Assembly (NCBI GenBank): GCA_023137185.1
Contig: JAGLPS010000006.1
Coordinates: forward strand, 683-64,682
Direction of reading: 5' to 3'
DNA: 64,000 nt
From: Minisyncoccota bacterium
GTDB taxonomy: Bacteria > Patescibacteriota > Minisyncoccia > Phycocordibacterales > JAGLPS01
Shown here: positions 17,694 through 25,091 of the stretch, in pieces
Layout: every line of letters begins with the position of its first letter
Position numbering within the stretch: position 1 is the stretch's first letter
Notes under the pieces: model-generated
What the model saw: the letters and a program-made list of their open reading frames with translations, nothing else
Databases searched by the model: none
Told to the model about the DNA's origin: nothing
Made by a program: the position numbers and the translations under genes

Positions 17694-19136
17694 CTACAAT
17701 TTTAATTGATTATTTGATGAATTACGATTGTTTTTTTCAATCTCCTCCTCAACTCTCCTTTTCGCTTCTTCTAAAAGCTCTTTGCTTTCTTTTCTCAATT
17801 TATGGCTTTCCTGTATTTTTTCTGCAATCTGTTTTTGAATTTTTGGGTTGATAAGAGGAATTTTAAATTTTTCAAAATCTGATGGTTTTAGATGGGCGAT
17901 TATTGCTCCGCCTGATAATTTTTCAACTTGCGTTTTAGAAATAATGGAATTGAAAATCAGAGACAGGCATTCTTTTTCAAAAGTTTGATATTTGTCTTTT
18001 AGGCTCAATCTTAAAAACGCTCCGCTCAAAATTAGATCAAATTCTTCTTTGACGACATAACTTAAACCGATTGTTCCATCTTTGGTAAATAAAATATCGT
18101 CCCGTTTAGGCTGATAATCATTTTTTAATTCCTGATAAAGCCCTTTTGAAATTTTCTTGCCTGTGTCTTTAACTCCGTTTATTGAAAAATCCGAAACTCT
18201 CCCAAATGACATTCCGTCCTGCTGATATGTTTCGCTCCCAACCTCAACGCCTTTTTTCCAATTCACTATATTTTTAACAAAATTCCAGCCGTTTTTATAA
18301 TTTTCAATCTTTTTAATTATCTCATCATATTTCGGCTGAAAATATTCCGCGTCAAATCTCCCCGCCTCGTCTGTTTCTTTTTTTGTAGTTTGAAATGATA
18401 AAATATGCTCTAGCTTGTAATCCCCTCCTTTGCCAAGGCTTCGGCGGGCAGGCAACAAATCAACCTCTTTCAAAAGCGTTTCTTCGGCTTGTTTGTAAAG
18501 TTGTTTTGATTGGGTTTGTTTTTCGTAAGCGAACTTTACGATTTTTTCTATTTGGAGTTGGAAAGATTGAGGAAGGATTGGGATTTTTAAATCAGTAAAA
18601 TTAAAAACGTTTAATTTGGGTTGTGCGTTACCGCTTATTCTTCTTAATATTTGATTTTGACCATACTTTGAATTTAAAAAAGTTAAAATAAAATATTTTA
18701 TTTCTTCATTGTAATTCTCTAGTTTTATACCGATATTATTTTCAGAGACATTTGCTCTTTTCATTTCATTATCTATTCTTGCAATCAAGCCAATTGTATT
18801 TCCAACTTTTGAGACAACTAAATCGCCTTGTTTTAATTCAGAATTTTTAATCTTATTATTACTATCCTCAGAAATACAAACCATATTTTCTTTTTCTAAA
18901 AAAAATCTTTGTCTTATGTCTTGAACTCTTACAAAATAAACACCTTCATTAAGATATTCTTCACTTTTTAAAGTTGACCCAAAGGGACCTGATACAACCT
19001 CATTTTTTGATAAATAAAAATGTTTTAAATTGTCCAATTTCTCTTCAATCTCCAAATATTCCAGTTTAAAAAACTCCGCGTCAAACCTGCGCGCTTCTTG
19101 AACATCTGATTTTTTGATAATTGAGATTTGTGGCAT
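17694..19136 (-). CDS. hsdS: Type I restriction-modification specificity subunit
   Basis: 480 aa; two target-recognition domains separated by conserved coiled-coil repeats; N-terminus MPQISIIKKSDVQEARRFDAEFF. Confidence 0.85.
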   Translation of the reverse strand: MPQISIIKKSDVQEARRFDAEFFKLEYLEIEEKLDNLKHFYLSKNEVVSGPFGSTLKSEEYLNEGVYFVRVQDIRQRFFLEKENMVCISEDSNNKIKNSELKQGDLVVSKVGNTIGLIARIDNEMKRANVSENNIGIKLENYNEEIKYFILTFLNSKYGQNQILRRISGNAQPKLNVFNFTDLKIPILPQSFQLQIEKIVKFAYEKQTQSKQLYKQAEETLLKEVDLLPARRSLGKGGDYKLEHILSFQTTKKETDEAGRFDAEYFQPKYDEIIKKIENYKNGWNFVKNIVNWKKGVEVGSETYQQDGMSFGRVSDFSINGVKDTGKKISKGLYQELKNDYQPKRDDILFTKDGTIGLSYVVKEEFDLILSGAFLRLSLKDKYQTFEKECLSLIFNSIISKTQVEKLSGGAIIAHLKPSDFEKFKIPLINPKIQKQIAEKIQESHKLRKESKELLEEAKRRVEEEIEKNNRNSSNNQLKL

Positions 19137-19142
19137 ATTATT

Positions 19143-20948
19143 TTAACTTTCCAATTTATCTTTTATGAAATTAAAAATTTCCTTAAAATTTTTCTTTGTT
19201 GTGTTTAACAAATTAAAACTTTCGCCCTTAATGAAAAGTTCTTGAATGGCTGTATTAAATTTACTTTTTTCATATTCCACGCTATCAGGAAAAGATAATT
19301 TTTGAATCCTCAATCTCTCCGCAGAAGTATGAAATAGTTTTTCAGTTTGAAAATTGCTAAAATTTTCTTTTATTTCTTTCAGGGTAAATATGTGCTTTTT
19401 TAATTCTTCACTTACATTATTTAAATAATTTTTTTTCGCTCTTTTTCCCGGAATGTCATCATCAAAAATTGCAATAAATTTTTTGTTATTTGCTAAATAT
19501 TCGCGAAAAATATTCTCGTGCTTATCAACTCCTGCCCCAGGATAAAAGTTAAAATCATAATCATCATTAAAAAATTGCTCTTTTACCCATTTAAACGTGT
19601 AGTAATCAAATTTACCTTCAGTGAAAACAATGTTTTTAGTCTGCTCAAAAGGATTTTTAATATATTCTAAACAATCTAAAATTGGCTGAAAGTGTGTTTC
19701 CTCGTTTTCATTGTTTGCAACAAAATTCCTATATAGTTCTGCGTCAATATTCTGGCTGTAGTTTTCCATATCAATCACTCCGCTACTGTCTTCTTTTCTG
19801 CCTTTGTCTTTCACAACAAATGAAGTAAGTAAAAATTTTGGATTTAATAAATAGTGGCTATGTGTTGAATAAATTATTTTTGATCTGTCAATTAACTTTT
19901 CAAAAAGTTTTAGCAATTTTTGCTGGGATCCTTGATGTAAATTACTTGCTGGTTCATCAAATAAAAATAAATATTCTCCTTTTTCAGTTTGTCTTGCCTT
20001 TCTAAATTCAGTAAAAAGCAAAAAGCCAAAATACCATCTAAAACCCAAACTCATTTCATTGATGTAAAAACTGCTTGCCCCCTCTTTAATTTTAAATTGC
20101 AAAAAATAACCATTGGTATCTTTATTATGTTCAATTTCAATATTCTTTCTTGTTGAATTAGAAAAAATTTGTTGCCAAGACTGCACTATGACAGAATTTA
20201 ATTTTTGACTCATTTCATTTAATATTTGTTTTGCGGATTCTTCATCATCCTCGCTTGTACTTTTTAATCTATCTAGAATATGTTTATTTAAATTATAAGA
20301 CTCATCAATGCTACTTAAAATGTCTTGTAAAATTTTTCTATATTCTTTTTGAGTGTCCGTTTTTGTTAATTCCGAATTTTCAATATTTTCAAGATAAATT
20401 TTGTCAGGAAAATCAAATAGAAAATTTTCAAAATACAAAATTTTTGGAATTAACTTTTCTTTAATTTCTGTTGTTAACGCATCCCAATGTTCGTTGTATC
20501 TATCGTACATATCAACAAAATTTTTTGCTTGTTTTGTCTTTACTTTTAAATCAATGTTCCACAAAACACTAAAACCTCTATCAATAAATTTAGAATCTTT
20601 GAATTTATATTTTTTAGTAATTGATATTTCATCTATTTCTTTTTCTAATTCTAATTTTTTCTTTAGTAAAAAAGATTCAATAAATTTTTTGTCATCATTA
20701 CCCAATTTTAAAGTTGCTTTAATTGTTACTACATCGTTAAAATTTGCTTTTTTATTCTTATGTATCATCTCGTGCTCGCTGCCCTCAATTTTATTTTGAA
20801 ATAAATCTATTGCTTCTAAAATTGTAGTTTTTCCGCTCTCGTTTAACCCAACTAATGGAAAAATTTCTCCATTCGGTTGTTTTGTTAAATCTAAAACAAG
20901 ACTATTTATCCCTTTAAAATTTTTTATTTTGAATTTAATGTATTTCAT
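19143..20948 (-). CDS. OLD-family nuclease: N-terminal ABC ATPase fused to C-terminal Toprim domain (Gabija GajA / class-1 OLD-like)
   Basis: 601 aa; Walker A GLNESGKTT, Walker B LFLFDEPASNLH, H-loop YSTHSH; Toprim glutamate (VFTEGKFD) and DxD (IFDDD); stop is 6 nt before the hsdS ATG. Confidence 0.75.
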   Translation of the reverse strand: MKYIKFKIKNFKGINSLVLDLTKQPNGEIFPLVGLNESGKTTILEAIDLFQNKIEGSEHEMIHKNKKANFNDVVTIKATLKLGNDDKKFIESFLLKKKLELEKEIDEISITKKYKFKDSKFIDRGFSVLWNIDLKVKTKQAKNFVDMYDRYNEHWDALTTEIKEKLIPKILYFENFLFDFPDKIYLENIENSELTKTDTQKEYRKILQDILSSIDESYNLNKHILDRLKSTSEDDEESAKQILNEMSQKLNSVIVQSWQQIFSNSTRKNIEIEHNKDTNGYFLQFKIKEGASSFYINEMSLGFRWYFGFLLFTEFRKARQTEKGEYLFLFDEPASNLHQGSQQKLLKLFEKLIDRSKIIYSTHSHYLLNPKFLLTSFVVKDKGRKEDSSGVIDMENYSQNIDAELYRNFVANNENEETHFQPILDCLEYIKNPFEQTKNIVFTEGKFDYYTFKWVKEQFFNDDYDFNFYPGAGVDKHENIFREYLANNKKFIAIFDDDIPGKRAKKNYLNNVSEELKKHIFTLKEIKENFSNFQTEKLFHTSAERLRIQKLSFPDSVEYEKSKFNTAIQELFIKGESFNLLNTTKKNFKEIFNFIKDKLES

Positions 20949-20970
20949 GAGTGATTAAATTAAAATTAAA

Positions 20971-21096
20971 TTATCTCCAAAACCCCAACCCATTCTCCCT
21001 CCCCCACTTCTCAAAAGCAAAAGCGATCTCGTCTAAGTCGTCAAACTTGCGCGCTTCTTGAACATCTGATTTTTTTATAATTGAAATTTGAGGCAT
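20971..21096 (-). other. Junction repeat 2 with chimeric 41-aa mini-ORF MPQISIIKKSDVQEARKFDDLDEIAFAFEKWGRENGLGFWR (hsdS N-terminus fused to hsdM C-terminus)
   Basis: Start 2 nt after the stop of the upstream cassette gene. Its stop lies 22 nt before the OLD ATG, reproducing the native hsdM-stop/hsdS-start spacing. Confidence 0.6.
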
Positions 21097-21098
21097 AG

Positions 21099-22025
21099 TT
21101 AATTTTTAATTTTAGAAACCTCTGATGGCTCAATTTCTTTCCCTTCTGGTTTAGGGTTAAATTCTATACTTTTATAATTTTTACATTGAAATAATTGATA
21201 TTTAATAAGTTCATCAAACTTCAAATTTCCTTTTTTTAGATCTGATGGATGAATTACAATAATTAATTTTTCGCAAATCGCTTTATATTTAGATGTATCT
21301 ATAAAAGTATCTATAATTTGCTTAATAATAATTTCTCTGGTTAGCTCAGGATTTCTTCCATGTTGTGCATTTATTAGAGGAATCACAATAGATTCATCTT
21401 TACTTGAATCAGAGGAAAGAAATTCCCATAATCCATTTAAGCTAAGCATAAAATCATCTATAGAGGATTTGACTCTATCATTTTTTTGTTTCTTTGAATT
21501 TACAAGTAAATAAAACCTTTTTATTTTATTTTTAAACAATTTCTTTTTTTGCTTTTCTATTTCAATAACCTTTCCTATCTCAAAAGGAGTATCCCTAATA
21601 TTTATTTTTTCCTTTATTTTATCGTCTAGTTGTTTTGAATCATTATTAAAATAATCTTTAATTAATTTATTCTGAATACTTTTTGCTTCTTTAACATTTC
21701 CATTCAGGGATGTATCAAAATAATTATTAAACGGAACTATTTGTGAACCTTTAACATTAAAAGCATCTCCAATTTTCAACTCAATGCAAGAGTCTCTATC
21801 TCTAATTTTTATAGAATGAGATGATTTCGGATAATTTTTAAAAATTGCATATAAAAAACTTGAACCTAAAATGCACCAAAATATTAAAGGAAGATTTAAT
21901 CTTTCACTTACAGAAGAGAAAAAATATGAAATAATTTCTGTGATTAGCCACAAAAAACCAAGACAAGAAAGAAAGTCTTTAATAGCAAAACGCCAATTTT
22001 GTATCCATCTTTTTATTAAGATCAT
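21099..22025 (-). CDS. Two-TM membrane protein with ~230-aa cytoplasmic C-terminal domain of unknown family (candidate effector/sensor of the TIR cassette)
   Basis: 308 aa; two N-terminal hydrophobic helices; start overlaps the TIR gene stop (ATGA). Confidence 0.45.
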   Translation of the reverse strand: MILIKRWIQNWRFAIKDFLSCLGFLWLITEIISYFFSSVSERLNLPLIFWCILGSSFLYAIFKNYPKSSHSIKIRDRDSCIELKIGDAFNVKGSQIVPFNNYFDTSLNGNVKEAKSIQNKLIKDYFNNDSKQLDDKIKEKINIRDTPFEIGKVIEIEKQKKKLFKNKIKRFYLLVNSKKQKNDRVKSSIDDFMLSLNGLWEFLSSDSSKDESIVIPLINAQHGRNPELTREIIIKQIIDTFIDTSKYKAICEKLIIVIHPSDLKKGNLKFDELIKYQLFQCKNYKSIEFNPKPEGKEIEPSEVSKIKN

Positions 22026-22528
22026 AATCCTAGTTGCTGGTAAACTGTATCTTTGTAATGATAAGCTCCTGTTTTATCATTATTTCTAAAAGAAGAATCT
22101 GAATCAAACCAATCATCAATAGCATGTTCAATTATCTTTTGTTTAAAATTCACATGAACAGCTAATTCGTCTTTTAGTATTGTTGGACATAAATCAGAAT
22201 CCATACTTGTTTTCCCATTTAAATTTACTACAATAATCGGAATATTTCTTTTTATTGCCTGCTCAATTTCCCAACGAACAAATTTATAAAGATGTTTCGT
22301 ATTATCTCCCACAAGAAGAATAAAAACTTTCGTGTTTCTTAATCGTTCAGCAAGTTTTGCCTTAATAGTTTCTTCTGTAGAATCTGACATAAGATTATTT
22401 AAATCATGAGCATCATAAAAATTAAATGAAGTATTATCACTTTTTTTCCAAGCTTGCATTAAACGATAATAATGAATGTCATTATCTGCATCAAAAGCAA
22501 CATATGTTTTGTTTGTATAAATTGTCAT
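22022..22528 (-). CDS. TIR-like domain protein (DUF1863/ThsB-like)
   Basis: 168 aa; YVAFDADNDIHYY N-terminal strand and KVFILLVGDNTKH..WEIEQAIKRNIPIIVV pattern of bacterial TIR-like (ThsB) domains. Confidence 0.6.
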   Translation of the reverse strand: MTIYTNKTYVAFDADNDIHYYRLMQAWKKSDNTSFNFYDAHDLNNLMSDSTEETIKAKLAERLRNTKVFILLVGDNTKHLYKFVRWEIEQAIKRNIPIIVVNLNGKTSMDSDLCPTILKDELAVHVNFKQKIIEHAIDDWFDSDSSFRNNDKTGAYHYKDTVYQQLGL

Positions 22529-22567
22529 AAAAATATTTTAGATTAATAAATTAATTTTTCCAAAAAT

Positions 22568-22879
22568 TCAACTCTTCCTTTTCACAAGAGTTTTTCCTGT
22601 TTTACCTCTTCGTAATTGGACTTTCGGCATATTCTTTTTTGCGTGATCCAAAGCCTCATCATTAAAACCTTTTGTTGAAACAATTACATCTGCATGGTTT
22701 TGTTGATACGCTTTTTGTAATTGAAATTTCGTAAGAGGCTTTTTGTAATCTTTCACTTCAACTTTATCTCCTCCCTTTTTAATATCTGGATTATTTGGTC
22801 CAGCTTTTCTTGTGCCATCAATTCCTTTGGCGACTTTTTTCTCTGCTCGTTTTCCTTTTTTTGCATTGTTATCTGTCAT
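22568..22879 (-). CDS. Small basic protein with possible minimal PD-(D/E)xK motif
   Basis: 103 aa; NNPDIKKGGDKVEVKDYKKP could be PD...ExK; weak. Confidence 0.3.
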   Translation of the reverse strand: MTDNNAKKGKRAEKKVAKGIDGTRKAGPNNPDIKKGGDKVEVKDYKKPLTKFQLQKAYQQNHADVIVSTKGFNDEALDHAKKNMPKVQLRRGKTGKTLVKRKS

Positions 22880-22907
22880 ATTATTTTAAATTAAAAAATT
22901 AATAAAT

Positions 22908-23039
22908 TTATTTCCAAAAACTCAACCCATTCTCCTTCCCCCACTTCTCAAAAGCAAAAGCGATCTCGTCTAAGTCGTCAAACTTGCGTGCTTCATTGAA
23001 TATCTGTTTTTTTATAATTGAAATTTGCGGCATAGCCAT
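22908..23039 (-). other. Junction repeat 1 with chimeric 43-aa mini-ORF MAMPQISIIKKQIFNEARKFDDLDEIAFAFEKWGKENGLSFWK
   Basis: Nucleotide-level copy of the hsdM 3' end joined to the hsdS 5' start; start 1 nt after the stop of the 379-aa gene. Confidence 0.6.
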
Positions 23040-23040
23040 T

Positions 23041-24180
23041 TTAATTTATATGATAATGCTTAATTGCATTATTTCGAATAACTAAAAGATAACTTTCTGT
23101 TTTCCAGCATTGTTGATTATCACATATCTCACTAACATATTCTTTTTCATTAAAAATAACGAAGTTTATCTCTTTTAAAAATGTATTTCCACAAACAAAA
23201 TTCTTAATAAAATCTTTATTTTTTATATTTCCAATTAAATATAAAGTTTCCAAATTTGATTTTGTAAATTCCTCTATATATCTTTTGTAAGGAGCACTAC
23301 CTTGCTCATAAATTTTGTCTGTTTTCCCGATTATAATCATTCCAAATTTACAATAATTACCTAAAAATCTATTATCGGTTTCTTCATTGATTTTTCGCCT
23401 TGAATAATTATTTAAAAATTTTATTAAATTTGTAACCTCTGTAATAATTAAATCGTCTTTTCTATTATTAAAAACTTTTTCTCCTAAAAAAATCATCTCT
23501 TGAATAAAGACAGGAAAAAATAATCCTTTTTTATCAATACTTTGATATTTAACAAATAAATCATCAACTATTTTTTCTTCTATTTTTGGATGTAAAAAAT
23601 CTTCAATAAATTCTTTTACGACATCTTCTTTCTCCTCTTCAAATATTTTCTTGCCAACAAATAAATCTATAGATTCTTTTTGTTTTTCACTTATATATCT
23701 TTTTGCTTTAATTAATAAATTTTCTGCTATAAAAATCATAGTTGCATTAACAAAGTTTTTATTTTCATTATCATTTTTCCTTATTCTAACAATCATTTTT
23801 CCATTCTCTAAAAAAGATTTTGGTATTTCACTATCACTTACCCATTCCACTTTTAGTTTTATTGGCATAAAACCTTTAATTTCTCTTTTTAAAAAACCGT
23901 TAACAAAAGAATTAGTTCTACTTTGAAAATCATGCTGGATATATTTTTTCCTGATTACGGGAACTGTTTTAAAAATTTTTGATAATGCTTTATAAAATAA
24001 TGCAATAAATTTTTCAAATCTATCGGGATAAAATACAGCACAAACAAAAACTATGAAAAATAAAAACCAACCGCCGTATGCGAACATACAGTCAAAAAAA
24101 ACTTTCGCGCTTTCCCCGTCATTAAAATTTATATTAATTGGCATATTTATTTTAAATATACTAATAGTTTTTTTATACAC
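23041..24180 (-). CDS. Hypothetical protein with one N-terminal TM helix (cassette 1)
   Basis: 379 aa, Lys/Glu/Phe-rich, no recognisable motif. Confidence 0.4.
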   Translation of the reverse strand: MYKKTISIFKINMPININFNDGESAKVFFDCMFAYGGWFLFFIVFVCAVFYPDRFEKFIALFYKALSKIFKTVPVIRKKYIQHDFQSRTNSFVNGFLKREIKGFMPIKLKVEWVSDSEIPKSFLENGKMIVRIRKNDNENKNFVNATMIFIAENLLIKAKRYISEKQKESIDLFVGKKIFEEEKEDVVKEFIEDFLHPKIEEKIVDDLFVKYQSIDKKGLFFPVFIQEMIFLGEKVFNNRKDDLIITEVTNLIKFLNNYSRRKINEETDNRFLGNYCKFGMIIIGKTDKIYEQGSAPYKRYIEEFTKSNLETLYLIGNIKNKDFIKNFVCGNTFLKEINFVIFNEKEYVSEICDNQQCWKTESYLLVIRNNAIKHYHIN

Positions 24181-24380
24181 TCAGGCGAATCGCACACAAA
24201 TTTTATATCTTCTGATTTTTTAAATAAAGAATGCAAGTTTTCAACATTAATTATATTTTTGCAAAATTCACATTTTTTTCTTCCTTGTACAAAATCATCT
24301 AAAATGCCAAGCCTTTTCAGCATTCCTTTTAAATCATCATCGTATACTAGATTGATTTTCTTTTTTTCTTTTTTGAACAT
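24147..24380 (-). CDS. Small protein with C-terminal CxxC...C..C zinc-ribbon-like motif
   Basis: 77 aa; CEFCKN...CDSPEC. Confidence 0.3.
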   Translation of the reverse strand: MFKKEKKKINLVYDDDLKGMLKRLGILDDFVQGRKKCEFCKNIINVENLHSLFKKSEDIKFVCDSPECIKKLLVYLK

Positions 24381-24404
24381 ATTAATTTATTTATTTTCAA
24401 AAAA

Positions 24405-25070
24405 TTATTTTTCATCTCTCTTTTCAATAGCTTCTTTGGAATTTTCTGGTAAATCGTTATAAAAACTGTCAATTTCTTTTTGTTCTGTAATCATTTTTTC
24501 TGCTATAAAATTTAGCAATTCAAAAAGTTTCAAGACTTTTTCTGTCTCTTCTTCAAGATTTATTTCTCCTGGGTGAACCGCACCATTTCCTGTTATTCTA
24601 AGTATATCCAAAGATTTTTGAATTTGAGGATTCAACCCTTTTTTAACTAACTCCTTTATGTCATCATTTATATTTTTTCCTTTTTCACCAAGCTGTTTGC
24701 AAAGTTTTTGTAACGCTAATCTTAAAAGTGCAGCAGATGCTCGCGGAGAATCACTAAAAATATTTGCCGCTTCTAAATAATCCTTTTTAATGTCACCAGA
24801 CAAATCATCGTTAGGCAGATCAACAATCATTTTTTTAGGATATATAATTTCATTTTCAAGCCAAATTATTTTTTCGCTACAATGTTTGCATCGTGACATT
24901 TTCCATTCACTTGATAAATTCTCGTTAAACTTGCTAACACCGTAAAAATCATCTCCATAAACATGATGACCTGTAATATGTCCCCATTGTTGCTCTGCAA
25001 ATACTCCACAGTGCGGACAATGGAATTCGCCGTAATTCAATATTGGTGGATAATGTTTTTCTTTTGTCAT
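24405..25070 (-). CDS. Zinc-finger + DUF4145 domain protein
   Basis: 221 aa; CPHCG...CKHCSEK N-terminal Zn finger; C-terminal LRLALQKL...ILRITGNGAVH pattern of DUF4145; starts 21 nt after the hsdM stop. Confidence 0.55.
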   Translation of the reverse strand: MTKEKHYPPILNYGEFHCPHCGVFAEQQWGHITGHHVYGDDFYGVSKFNENLSSEWKMSRCKHCSEKIIWLENEIIYPKKMIVDLPNDDLSGDIKKDYLEAANIFSDSPRASAALLRLALQKLCKQLGEKGKNINDDIKELVKKGLNPQIQKSLDILRITGNGAVHPGEINLEEETEKVLKLFELLNFIAEKMITEQKEIDSFYNDLPENSKEAIEKRDEK

Positions 25071-25091
25071 ATTTTTATTCTTAAATTTATA

